DNA of 63,996 nucleotides, counting the filler, from Reclinomonas americana ATCC 50394 (Eukaryota): the NCBI GenBank assembly GCA_048213135.1. It is 5 parts of 5 records of this genome, joined end to end, with 100 filler letters (N's around TTAATTAATTAA, not from the genome) between each part and the next. Parts side by side here need not be neighbours in the genome. Positions count along the whole stretch, not along the records: positions 39,135 to 55,734 come from PS015385.1; positions 55,835 to 62,382 come from PS015387.1; positions 62,483 to 63,996 come from PS015415.1; 2 more parts are not named here. One strand, given 5' to 3'. The notes under the pieces were generated by a model that was not told where the DNA came from, did no database searches, and saw only the letters and a list, made by a program, of their open reading frames with translations. The position numbers were made by a program, and so were the translations under genes. Of the stretch, positions 51,862-63,996 are shown piece by piece (the stretch's first letter is position 1; each line of letters opens with the position of its first letter).

Positions 51862-54800
51862 TCTCTCTCTTTACCGCCCACAGCAGCCACACCCACGCTG
51901 GAGTCCTTTACCCCCATCCTCGCATCTCCGTTCACCAATGTCGGTTCGTCAGCATCACATCGCTCCCACATCACATCGCTCTCACTTGTCACGCAGACAT
52001 CACCATCACCGGCAGCGGCCTCGCCTCCGGAAACACTGTGACACTGTGTGCGGACTCTGCATGCAGCGGCACAGCGGCGTTCACAGGCTCGAATCCGCGC
52101 ATCAACTGGTACGAGGGAGCGTCCACGACTCTCATCGTCACCATCTCCAACATCACCACGGGTCAGTGGTACGTGTGTGTCGACACTGGCTCGGTGCAAG
52201 TCGTGCCCAACTTTACACAACTCATCGGTTCTGTCGTGCTGCTCACCCACACGCCCCTCATCCGCGCTCACTTTTCGCGCATGCAGTGCCGTGGGCCTCC
52301 AGCTATTCTTCGACGGTCGTGGCCAGTGACGCACCAGCTGCAACGATTGTCATCTCGGGATCGCTGCTGTCGGCCACGGATCAAGTGTCCTTCCAGCTGC
52401 CGGGTTCCCAATGCGACGGCTCAGGCACGTACACGAATGCAGTCGGAGTGCAGTTCGTGGACGACACGGGGTCATCGCTGACGGTCAACATTGGTGGCTC
52501 GTTGCGTTGCATACGCTCTCTCGCTCTCTCTCTCTCTTTCTCGTTCTCATCTGTCCTCTCACCCGCGTCGTGCTGCAGCGGTCTGGCGCCCTCTGGCAGC
52601 AACAAGTATCATGTGTGCATTGCGTATCGTGGTGGCCAGGTGCAGCGGGCGCGAGTGGGTGCCGCGCTGATTGTGCAGGCGCCATTGGCATTCAGCTTTC
52701 AGCCGGCATTCATCCCACAGCTAGACATTGCGGCGGCACTGACGTTGCGTCACACGACGTGGTAAACTCCAGTTGCCGTGCCAAGTGGATAACATCACTT
52801 TGTGTGTGTGTGCGCGCAGACTGGTCGGCTTTGGACTGTCGGTGACCGATGTGGTGGTGCTGCAGAGTGGTGGCTCGTCGTGTGCTGCGGCTGACGGGCA
52901 GCTGTACACGCTAACAGGCTCTGCGTCGTTGCCGGCAGTGGTGAGTGCTCACTACAAACGTGCGTGCGCGCATCCTCTGACTGTGTATTGGACAGGCATC
53001 TGGAGTCTCGCCCGGTGTGCAAGTGGTCAAGTTGACGGGTATTGCCATGACTCCCGGCACCTACAATGTGTGCTACAAGCAAAACGGTGGCAGTTCACTC
53101 AGCAGCGTGACGGGCACGCTCACAGTTGGTGCGAGCATGGTGTATTTTTTCCTGCTTGGTGTCCGAGCTCGCACTGACCACCACCCTTGTAACTATCCCG
53201 CGACAGTCGGTTTCGTGTCATATTCGCCGACCAGTGTCAGTGACACGGCCTCGTCCTCTCTCGTCATTGCCGGCTCCGATCTCTCCATGAGCGACACCGT
53301 GGCACTGGCCCAGTTGGGCTGCTACCAAGTATCGGGTGGCACGGTGTTGACGTCGATGTCGTCGGACGGTTCATCGCTGACAGTCGCTGTACCGGCGGCT
53401 GCCGTGACACCTGGTGTGTGTCCCCACACATACCATATTTCTCCGCCTCTGTGTCTGACTTTCTGCGTGCCGCACAGGCCCGTATTCGGTGTGCGTTCAG
53501 GTTCGAGGCACTGGCAATTGGATCATTGTGGGAAACTCGTCGACTGCGCCAGTGGATCTGACGTACGGTGGGTGTGGCGTGTAAGTGTTGTTTGTTCGCC
53601 AACCGTTCTAATGCGTGCGACAGGGTTCTCCTTCAAGCCGCTGTATCTGCCAGCGTCGGATACCTCGCAGAAAATCACAATCACTGGCGTCAGCGATGGC
53701 ACGAGCGTGAGCCTCGTCTCAGGTGTGGTGAGTTCGTGCTCCGGTGGCTTCTCGGTAGCCAGCGTCTCGGCAGGGCAGGTGGCCATGAGTCCGTCGGTGG
53801 CCTCGGGAGTGTACTCGGTGTGCCCGAGTGGATGGTCGACTCCGGCGTACACTAGCCTTGTCCTCGGTACGATGTATATCGAGTCCGCTGCCTGCGTGAA
53901 ACAACGTCGATTCACACGCATTCTGCCCTTTTTCGACAACGCAGGCAACTGTGGCAAGTACAATGTCAACTCGCGACCGCAGTTCTTCACGGCGCCGCTC
54001 CAGCAGAGCTTTCTCTTTGGCGCTCAGATGGCTGGCAAGTGCGCCAGCGATTCCACCACGGACAGCGTCGGATGCATGTGGTATGCGACGAAAACAACAA
54101 CGAGCCAGTCGCCCAGTTGTCCATCTGACTTATTTCGTGCAGGTGCAGTTTTCCGGGTCTGGCGCTGGGTGACATCTCCGCGGCTGGTGTCGCCACCCGT
54201 GGCATGTGTGTGAACCGCACTTCCGGTGGCTGCACCAATGTCGGCTCGCGCACCGAGACGCACAAAAACAGTGTGTCGATGAAGCTAGTGCAGGTTCGGT
54301 GTCGATCGCCAGCAATAGTGGTGTCGTATCGTGTTGCTGACACACACACACACGATGATGTAGAACCCCGCGGCCTATCTTCCCGAGTTCGACAAGTCCG
54401 CTGAAAATGGACAGAACGTGGCCGAGGAGGTCGACTATTTCGCGCTGGCATTTTACTCCGTCACTCCACCGCACCGGTACGTCGCCCTCATTTGTGTGCG
54501 ATTGTGTATGTCATGTCACTCACAGTTGGTTTCTGCTCGCAGCAATTTCAGTTTGCGAGTGGTGGCAACCTCAGCAGACTACGGCACTATTGGTGACAAC
54601 TTGCACCTGTTTGTGTCGCGTAGCAGCATGCCAACTAGCTCCACGTACGACTTTTCGTCGATTCGCGAGGAGAATCCGTGGTCGATTGACATTCTGGCGG
54701 AGGATGTTGCGTGACACCTGCATCTCTCTCCACACCGCTATCGTGTTGTTCATCTTTACAGCGCATGCACAGCTTGTCACACTGTTTGGTTCATGCAGTG

Positions 54801-55734
54801 GTGCCACTTGTGTGTACAACGTGGCCGTGCAGGGAGCCAACGAAGGTCGCTCGGACAGCTCGCAATACCAGTTGCAAGTGTGGCTTGGTGCGTGTGTCGC
54901 TGTTGTTCTTCTCCCTGCCTTGCACTCACATATTGTTGTTCTTGCGTGCAGAGGTATTGCTTGTGTGTGCGCGCGCGCTGTGTGCAGCAAAGGCGCATTC
55001 ATCTCACTCCTGTACCGCGCAGACCAACTTCACTTCATTCCAGTGCTCAGACGCCTCCGGCAACTGTTTCTCGCTGTACGGACGAGACGGGCAGACGAAT
55101 GTGACAGCGCTGAATGGACAGACCAACGTGCGCTTGCTTCATTCACCGGCAACCAATGCCGGCACGTACACGCGTCAAGTAACGGTTCGTCGCCCGTCGT
55201 CTGCGTCGTCAAGCATGCAACGCAGTGTGTGACCATCTTTGTCGTTCTTGGTGCCATTGCAGTTTGTACAAGACGCAACGTCAGCATATGTGGCGCGCCT
55301 CACGCAGTCGTATTCCACTCTGCAAGTCCGCGACTCTGATCGCTATTTGCGAAGCAGTCTGTGGATCACCGATCCGGTGTACATGATCGACGGGTTCGAG
55401 GTGCGATTCCAGTTCCGCGTCAGCGCGCTGGGAGTTGCGTTCTCCCCACTTTGTCACGCTTTGTCAGCGGCTGGTCACATCTCACATTATGCATGCACGT
55501 CACGCAGTTGTGCAACTCGTTGGACGGTTTCTGTGGCGGTGGTGATGGCTTTGCTCTGGTGTTCAGCAAGGTGGGCGACACATACCTGTTCACCGCTGAC
55601 ACACACGTCTCTCTCACGGTTCTCTGTTCACAGAACTTGACATCTCCGTCGGTAGGTTCACGCGACAACGTCGGCAAAGGTCTCGGTTATGAGGGCTACA
55701 CAGACGCACTGGCCGTCGAGTTCGACATGTGGTA
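51678..55734 (+). CDS. Large secreted/surface protein with Ig-like repeats and a legume-type lectin domain (3' truncated)
   Basis: Signal-like N-terminus; repeats ending G-x-Y-x-V-C; GFEVRFQF..GGDGFALVF..GLGYEG..ALAVEFDMW. Confidence 0.72.
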
Positions 55735-55834
55735 NNNNNNNNNNNNNNNNNNNNNNNNNNNNNNNNNNNNNNNNNNNNTTAATTAATTAANNNNNNNNNN
55801 NNNNNNNNNNNNNNNNNNNNNNNNNNNNNNNNNN

Positions 55835-57330
55835 TCTCCACAAACCTGGTCGGGAGTGTTCTCCGGTCCCGGCTGCACACACGCACGCATACTCGAGTTA
55901 GAAAAAGAACTGCATACAGTTTCCCAAGGAACCTCCTTCTCCCCCTCACCTGCAGCATACGCAGCAGCGGCTCGACCAAATGCTGATTGATGTGAATCAT
56001 GACGAAATCGGCCACAGCCAGCACCTCCTCGGCCGGCCCCAGCGAGTCCCATTCCACCTGAATCCACATGTTGGGAGAATCAAACGCTTCTGCCAACTTG
56101 CGCGCATACTTGTCGAGCTCTGCATTGCAGCTCTCGCGCAGCACCGACTCGCGAGCGAGTTCCTGCACACAACGTCAGTGGCTTTGAGAGGCACGACAGG
56201 TGTGCAGCCATGCAGACAGACCTTGGCCAGATTCAGCACATCCATCCACTGCTTGCGGGTCTCCTCGGAATTGGCGTGCAGGAAGTAGGTGCGTTTGCGC
56301 GCCTCGATCGACCACGAGAACGGCTTGCCTGCACGCACGGTCGAGGAGTGTGAGTGCTGACAGCAGACTGCCTCTCGCTAACACACAGACACACGCGAAC
56401 CAGTCTCCGCCTTGTCGACCGCCGTAATCGCCGAGTCAGCTCCCAACTCCATCACACCCTTCAGCTTGATCATGCCCTGCACACGATCACCATGAGCACC
56501 CAGCTCGGAGACAAAGAACGTCTCATCAACAGTGCTTGATCATGTGAAGGACTGCTCTCTCTCTCTCACACACACATACACACATACACACTGTCTCTCT
56601 CTTTCTCTCTCTTTCTCTTCTACTCTCCCCTCTCTTTCGCCACTCAACATCCGGCTTGGACGAGTAGTACGACAGCTGCAATCCGCGCAACACAAAGTAC
56701 CGCTTCTTCCAGCTGCGATGACGACCTGATCGGAGAATAGTCAGTCAGTCAAAAAAAAAAAGCCTCATCTCCGAACATCGATGGCGTGCTTGACTGCACA
56801 CACACACACCTCCGCGCTTTGACAGGAATCCCTCATAGAGCACATCAGCACCACCGCCTCCCTGCAACAAACAAAACACGCACACACACACGCAATGAGA
56901 AAGGCAAACACAAAAGTGTGTGCGTGTGACATTGCGATGCTTCACCTGCAGACCGGCCGACTGCAGCGAGAAGTTGCCACTTCCACTGCCGCCTCCGCCA
57001 CTGGAGCCACCAGCGCCGACGAGCACCGAGGAGGCCGACGAGGACAAGGACGAGGAAGGGGAGGAGGAGGCGGAGGAGCCGAGTCCTGCAGTGGACACTC
57101 GCCGATCGCCGTACGCGATGCCTGGCGGTGAATCAAGTGCGACCGTGCTGATCAACACGCAAACGCAAACGAGGAGTGGCACAGTGAGTGTGAGCGATCA
57201 AGAAGTGACTGAGCATGAGGAAAATGCAAACAAGTGAAAAAAGAAAGGAGAGGGAAGAGAAGAAAGGCAGAGAACGTGGAAGGGATGGAGAAGAAAAAGG
57301 AAGGAGCTCACCGACGACTCATGATGACAC
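55835..57330 (-). CDS. PH-domain protein (3' truncated; start uncertain)
   Basis: YEGFLSKRG..SWKKRYFVL..LSYY..KLKGVMEL..RTYFLHANSEETRKQWMDVL. Confidence 0.85.
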
Positions 57331-57477
57331 TGAACGATGTCGTCCTTTGATCGTCCCACAAATTTCTGTCCGTTTGAGCAGCTCTCGCCGCGCCCGATCA
57401 TTCGCTTGCTCTCAACCGAGCTTATTCGTCACACACACACACACACACACTCTGTCGCACACACACGTCATTGTTAG

Positions 57478-60400
57478 ATGCTATCCAGTGAGCTGCGCCA
57501 GCGACTGCGCAGTCGGGTGCTTCCGTCGCAGGTGCTGCGATCGCTGAGCAGCGATGAGGATGATGAGAGTGGGAGCGATCCACCACCGCCATCGCACCTG
57601 CTAGCGTCGCCACACGAAGAGATGGATGATCTGATCGCTGAGGCCGAGGCCGAGGTGCGTCGTGCCGAGCAGCACTGGACAGAAGAGGAAGAGGAGGAGG
57701 CGATCATCATGGCGTCGTCGTCGCCATCGGTGTTTCCATCGAATGTGGTGTTGCACGTGGCCGATGCGCGACCGCTCGAGTCCTTCCCGGCGGCGCAGCA
57801 GGCGCAGCGATGGCGGGAACGCACGCGATCGCGATCGCAGTCGCCTGTTCCGTTGCCGCAATCGGTCGGCAGCACCGTGTCGCCGCCTCGTCGACTGACG
57901 CGACCACCGACGCCACCGTCGCAACAACAGAAGCAGCAGCAGCAGCAGCAGCAGCAACAGCACCAGGGAACATCGTCATTGTCGTCCATGTCGGGGCCGA
58001 TCGCGTCGGGTGGTGGCGTTGTCGCCGGCAGTGGCCCTCCGTCGTCGGTCTCGTCCGTGTCATCGTCGACGGCATCGAGTCCCCGTCGAGTCGTCGCGTC
58101 GCAGCAACAGCAACAGCAACAGCAGCAGCAGCATTCACCACGGCGACAGCGACGTGCCGTGTCGCCATCGCCACCGACACTCACACCGCGATCGTCGGGA
58201 TCGCGTCACAGCAATGGGCGCATTGGTCAGCTGATGGCTCGATCGCCGTCGCCGTCGTCCATGCCCTCCAGTCACGATCGGTGGCACAGTGGTGGTCTGT
58301 TGCATTCGCAGGACGGCTACTCGGCGTCGACCGCCGGCAGTGTCGCCATTGGCAAGGCACTGAATTCGACGGAGCGGTTGCTGGAGACGGCCAGGTTTGT
58401 ATTGTCGAGATCCAGCGCTGGCAAGTGCTTCTTTCATTGTCGCTGACTGCTTCCACTGCGCAGGTTCCATTTGGAGGCCTACACGCGGTATGTGTTGCGC
58501 ACGGTCGCCAACGAACCGTATCCCTCGGAGAAGCACTTTGCCACGGTGCACGCGTTGTGTCTCATTCTCGACATTGAGTTCCCGATCAACAACTGGCCTG
58601 GTGAGCCGTGCAGTTTGTCGGCCAGTCTTGCCTCTATGCACTGGGGGACTGACGTGTGCGTGCCTGTGACAGCGTGTCGGGAAATCTTGTTGGATCCTTA
58701 CCTGCGTGATCGACTGGAGATGGCCCGTCCCGACGACTGGTCGTTGAGTCGTGTTGGCAAGTTTTCCGCGCTGCGGACACGAATGCTCTACTGGATGAGT
58801 GATGTTTCTGTTGCGTTTGGATGTGGTGCTGTCGCTGTCAGTGCGCCACACGTCGCTGACGAGCACCCGCAGCTGGATCACACCTTTCATCGCATGTTCC
58901 ACTATCTAGTCACGTTTGGCGATGCACTCGAATACTATGCCAACTTCGCGTGAGTTTCATCCCTTGCTGCCTCCCAGCCTACCAGTGCACTGACTCGACA
59001 GCGCAGAAAACGAGCCACATCGTCCAAGGAGCTGAGTCGGTCGTGGAGTCCACATCCATCACGCGGTTCATCGCCGCTACACATCTTGGCGACGGCCGGA
59101 CGACCAAGTGGCTCACCGACACCACCATCGCCAGCAGGGCCGACGGCGCTGCCCGACGGCGATACGCTGGACCTGTCCAGCTCCGACGACGAGCACGACA
59201 GACAGCCGCTGTCCTCCAAGCCCGCAGCACGGCGGCGGAAACTTCAACAGCAACAGCAGCAGCAGCAACAGCAAGAGCAGTCGTTCTCGTCCAAATCCAC
59301 ACCACGCAGCTCGGCATCGGGAGTGTCGAGCCCGCGCATAATTACTGCCTCCTCTATCACGAGTGCCACTGGAGCGGCGCTGTCACCGCCCACGCCATCC
59401 GCAGCTGCTGCGTCGTCGTCACCGCGCGGTTCTCGGCCACCGCTGGCATTCAGTCCGCGTGACTCGAAGCGACCACCAAGTCCGGCGATGCGCAACTCTC
59501 CGCGTCACACACCGACCTCCAGCGTGAGCTCCAGCGGCACGATGAGTCCGCGGCACATTGTTCATCCGCGGCACAATGGTGGCGGCCAGTCGAGTGCGCT
59601 GGACAGCTCACCGCGCCACACTCCACGCTCGTCGGCCAGTCCCACTGTGAGTTTTGTCAGTGTCAATAGCCAGTCGCCACGCCAGTCGGCTACCCACAGC
59701 CCGAGGAGGAGTTCAGTACCAAACACGGCAGCAACCGGCACCCCTGCCGGTAGCAGCACCGGTTCGCTGACGCCACGTGCTCAGTCGCAACACACGCATC
59801 ATGGGCGCGCTCAGAATCGCCCGTCACCTTCCTCCACACCGCGGTCTCCCGGCACCGGCAGCAGTGCCTCGTCTCCCGATTCGGGTCCACCGGTATGTGT
59901 GCATGTGTCTGTGTGTGCCTTGTTGCGCCTTCTGACTCGCCTCTCTCTCTCTCTCTCTCGCTCTCTTCGACGCAGCTCATGCGACTGCCCGCCGCCTCCG
60001 GAGTGCAAGCCAGTCGATCCGATGTGTCACTCATCAGCTCCTTGGCGCCCTCCGACCGCTCAATGTACAGCGAAGTGCCGTCGGCACACGGCGCCGTCGC
60101 CGGCTCGTTGACCACGATGGAGACCGAGGCGGCTGTCACACTGCCGGAGAAGCCCGGGCGGTTACACGGCGGCCGCGACGAAGAGGACGATGTGGACCTT
60201 ATGCGCGCGCTGGTGGGCTCCTACCAAGCCGCAATCAGTGCCTGCGAAGCGCAAGCCATACCACCAGCGGCTGCCACACAACTACCGTTTGCTCAGTACT
60301 CTGTTGCGTCGACTCTGTGCTCGCGAGTGAGTGCGAGATATACGGACTCAACTTCTGTGCAGATCAAGACGCGCGTGGCACCCGATCGTATCGGTCCACA

Positions 60401-60745
60401 CACGCCAGTGCCGCGAGTCGCGTCACTGGAGTTTGCGTTGGAGGCCATGCGTGTGGGCAACCAGACCATGGCTAGGGCGCTCGATGCGTTGCGTGCCGAT
60501 GCGTGGCCGGCACAGCTGCAGGCGGCCGACGTGGAATCCCATCGACGAGACAGCGACGCGGTGGGTCGCGACAATGACAATCTGGTGCGGTTACAGCAGG
60601 AACACCGGCAGCTGATTTCCGAGTTCCGCAAAATGGTGCGTGCATCCCTGGCGCGGAAGGAATAGGCCATGGTTGTGTCTCACTCTACTGCGTCTGTGTG
60701 CAGCTGGAGGAAGCAACTCTCCTCCAACGGGCCATGCGTACATGA
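57478..60745 (+). CDS. Hypothetical protein: S/P/Q-rich disorder, a central helical domain and a C-terminal coiled coil
   Basis: Long open exons joined by GT-AG introns; many SPR motifs. Confidence 0.55.
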
Positions 60746-60948
60746 CATGGGGCGGTGGACGCTAGCGTGATTCACCCAACTTTCTCTGACACATATCACA
60801 ACAACAACAACAATAACGAACAACTTTTTACGCGTCACGTGTACAGCTGCTGAGGCACGCATGCGTGTGTGTCTGTGCATGTTATAAAAAATGACATTTT
60901 TTTCTGCTTGCTTTCTTTACTTGCTTGTTTGTCACGTGTTCTCCACGG

Positions 60949-62382
60949 CTATGAGTGCACGGAATTCGCACGCGCTTGCGAAGCGTGTTGCTGTATCTTG
61001 GGTCGCAGACTGACCACAAAGTGCTTCAGCTTGCGACACAGCGTCGCACCGTAGGCACACGATTTGAGAATGCCCTTGAATGCCGCCTCCCACGGCAGCA
61101 CGGGATAGCGGAATTCATGCTGATCCACCACCTGCGCCTGCCGACCACCAATGGATCTGTGACCACGCAGTACGTAGTGAGGACGACATTGGGGGAGGAG
61201 GAGAGAACATGTCGACAAAAAATACGCAACACTATCTTGCCGGTCAAATCGCGGTCGGCATACGATCCGAGATGCGCCTGCTTGGCCGCCTGCTGTGCAG
61301 GCACACTGCCAACGGGCGCCAGCTGGAACACACCCAGCACCAACTGCGTCTCCTGCACATAGCAGCCGAGCAGCACCTCTTGCGGTAGTGGTGGCTTGAA
61401 CGACTGACGCAGAGATCACATGTGAGCGTCGTCGTGCAAAGAGGCCAGCTCGGGTCTTGCACGCAACTCGCTCACTGAACGTGCCGTGCCGTGCGGCAAT
61501 CTCCACCGGTCGCAGCTGCAGCTCCTCTTTCGCCTGCTCCAGTATCAGCAGCACCTGCTCAAGAACCTGCGCCACACACACACATCAGATGCGATCCCGA
61601 GCAATCCTTTGCAAAGTGCAGGGACACACCTCCACATTGCGTTCGGCGACCTTGAACACCTCCACATCGCCCTCCAGCGCATCACTCTGCGCGGCGGCCG
61701 ACAGACCCTCCATGCACTGCAGCGCCTCATTGGTGAGGTTCTCCGCATTCTGCACCTGCTCGACAAACACCGGAAACGCCTCGTCAATGTGCGTCTCGAT
61801 CAGTGCCCCACGTTGTATCCTCGGCATGCGAAGCAACACGTTCTGTTGAACCCACGAGCGAGATCAGCACGTAGTTGACCTCTCTCTTCCTCACACACAG
61901 ACAGGCACAGAACTCCTCCTGTGATCATCGATCCCATGATCTCCATGGCGCCACCAATCGCAATCACACTGTGAGCGCAACACACATACATGAGCGCCTC
62001 TCCCTCTCTGTTCTGCTCTCTCCTCTTTGACACACACACGGAAGCACACCTGTTGTTCCGTGTGAGCTCCACCTGATCCGTCGCGCCTATCAAATTGTCA
62101 ACACATGCACACACACACACACTCTCTCTCACACACAGACCTTTGGTCGACAACAACGTGGCACAGAACTCCAAGTTCTCTCGCGTGTGTCGCCACAACA
62201 GCGGAAACTCATCGCGCAACAACAAGAACAGCTCGCGCGTCTGCCTCACCAACACACTCTCAGAGACGCACACACAGGCGCACAGAGACATACACAGAGC
62301 GAGAGGTGCTCACCATTACGCGATACTCTTCTTCCAGCAACGCAGCTGTCTCGGCGGCTGCCACGCTGCTCATTCTTGGATG
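60949..62382 (-). CDS. Hypothetical alpha-helical protein (5' truncated)
   Basis: Exon-like segments such as LIETHIDEAFPVFVEQVQ and VLEQVLLILEQAKEELQ separated by TG-rich introns. Confidence 0.5.
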
Positions 62383-62482
62383 NNNNNNNNNNNNNNNNNN
62401 NNNNNNNNNNNNNNNNNNNNNNNNNNTTAATTAATTAANNNNNNNNNNNNNNNNNNNNNNNNNNNNNNNNNNNNNNNNNNNN

Positions 62483-62850
62483 AGAGAGAGAGAGAAGGGA
62501 GGATGAAGGGGAAGGATGAAGGGGAAGGGAAGGAGGGAGGGAGGGAGAGAGAGAGGAAGGAGACATGAGAAGAACTATGCGAGACTCTTTTCTTTCTATG
62601 TGAGTGAGAGAGAGAGAGAGCGAGCAAAGAGAGCAGAGAGTGAGAGAGAGAGAGAGAGAAAGAAAGAGAGAGCAGAGAGATAGAGAGAGGAAGAGTGAGG
62701 AAGGGAAGGAGAGAGAGAGAAGGGAGACACGAGAAGAACTGTGCGTGCACGTGACTCTTCTTTACGTGTGAGAGAGAGAGAGAGCGAGCAAAGAGAGCAG
62801 AGAGAGAGAGAGAAAGAGAAAGAGAGAGAGGGGGGACTGAGTAAAGGGGC
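62483..62850. repeat. GA-rich low-complexity tract with a duplicated block
   Basis: gagagcgagcaaagagagcagagag occurs near 62615 and 62780, each preceded by gagaagaact.tgcg. Confidence 0.8.
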
Positions 62851-63698
62851 AGAAAGCGAAGGAATGACTTTGTTTACTCTCTTTCTCTTTGTTCTGACAA
62901 CCGCGCGTGAGAGGAAGAGTGAGAGGTGAATCACAGAGGAGAAGAAGAAGAGAGAGTTTGAGACTCTTGTCTCTCTGTGCTGTTCTCTCGTGTAGAGAGG
63001 AGACAGAAGAGAGGGGCTGAAAGCCAAAGTAATCCTCTGTTCTCATCCTTCGTGCTCTGTGTTGTTGCATTGTCGCGTGTCGGGCAGAATGAGAGAAAGG
63101 GGACTTTGAGAGCGCGACTTTCTCCTTAATCTTTGTCTTCTGAGAGACGAGATGTGGAGGGAGGTGAAATAGGGACAGGGGTTGCAAGGTGGTGAGACAA
63201 TCTCCTTGTCTTTCTCCTTTCCCCCTCTGTCCTGTGGTTTGGCAGGTTCGCGAGAGACGAGCGAGAAGGGCCACTCTCTGCTTTCTGTCAGCTGTGCGTG
63301 TTAGCGAGAGAGAAATGAGGATGAGTGGAGTGGAAAGAAAAATGAGAGGGTGAGAGATTCCCTTTTTTCTTGTTTTGTCTCCTTGGCCTCTCTTATCAGT
63401 CGCTTGCAAGTCTGCAAGACATTGAGAGAGGCTAATGGTGAACTCTTTGCTGTCCTTCGTGAGTGGCAGATTATGAGTGAGTGACAATCAAAGAATGAGT
63501 GTGTGTGTGAGAGAGAGAGAGAAAGGGAGAGGTGAGAAAAAAGCAAAGACGACAGCGGGACTCACAGCCGTTTCCTGTCAATCTCGCTTTCCAATTTTGT
63601 CATTTGTGTCCCCTTCCCCTCACCCTTCCTTCTCCCTGTTCCCTCTCCCTTCCTCCCTTCTCCCCCTTCCCCCTTCTCCCCCTTCCCCCCCTCCGCAG

Positions 63699-63996
63699 CT
63701 ACATCCTGGCCTTTTGCGAAATGCTTCCCATCTGGTTCCTGCTGGCCCTGCTCCCCGTCAACCCCACCCTCGAATCCCTCACCATGTCCGACGTGGCCGT
63801 GGTCGTCGCCGGCCTCTTTGTCAGCCAGGTCGTCTTCCTGCCGCTCAGCCACCTCCTCTCGCAGTCGGTGATGGTGTGGCGCGCCATGATGCTCGGCGGC
63901 GCCTTTCTGGAGATCGCCGGCCTGGTGAGCATTGCGCTGCTCAACGAGTACGTGCGCACGAGTCATGAGCGGCGGTCGCCCAAGTTGCTGCTGATT
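63699..63996 (+). CDS. Exon of a multi-pass membrane protein (MFS-like?), partial
   Basis: Polypyrimidine tract + CAG acceptor, then YILAFCEMLPIWFLL..VAVVVAGLFVSQVVFLPL..GAFLEIAGLVSIALL. Confidence 0.55.

Noticed and set aside
48603..55734. Two adjacent L-type-lectin genes as a functional cluster
   Set aside because: They belong to different subfamilies and architectures, and adjacency is plausibly chance in a gene-dense genome.
58421..58426. GCAAGT as a third GC donor
   Set aside because: The frame is restored by the canonical GT donor at 58395 instead.
1..63996. Alternative genetic code, CRISPR arrays, transposases or prokaryotic operons
   Set aside because: In-frame stops examined are explained by introns, and TAA, TAG and TGA all terminate genes. 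No repeat-spacer arrays or transposase/RT motifs were seen.

Overview
Eukaryotic, probably protist, nuclear genomic DNA. It is GC-rich and gene-dense, with many short spliceosomal introns (mostly ~55-100 nt) rich in CA/TG and CT/GA microsatellites, so the raw ORF track is mostly misleading and genes were rebuilt by manual splicing. The window is a concatenation of contigs joined by artificial N-TTAATTAATTAA-N spacers (15812, 39079, 55779, 62427) and has internal N gaps. About 30 protein genes or fragments are present: OGDH E1, metallophosphoesterase, DONSON, WDR18/Ipi3, Kelch-BTB, FAM177, a multi-TM protein, a papain-fold mosaic protein, MPP, GST, Nup58, LisH-WD40, a homeodomain-like protein, p47/Shp1, pyruvate kinase, GT61, WD40, HisRS, Ypi1, FKBP12, taxilin, ERGIC-53, a lectin/Ig-repeat surface protein, a PH protein and unknowns. 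There is one tRNA-Phe. The most notable signals are: (1) a very frequent shifted 5' splice-site class GTTGCG beside GTGCG; (2) a predicted GPI-anchored cystatin-papain(Cys->Ser)-EGF-FN3 mosaic protein; (3) a repeated helical motif in the Kelch-BTB tail; (4) very short same-strand intergenic spacers with a TCATT motif; (5) a bacterial-looking, intron-containing phosphoesterase; (6) a degenerate homeodomain. Gene boundaries are manual estimates and family calls come from recalled motifs, not database searches.
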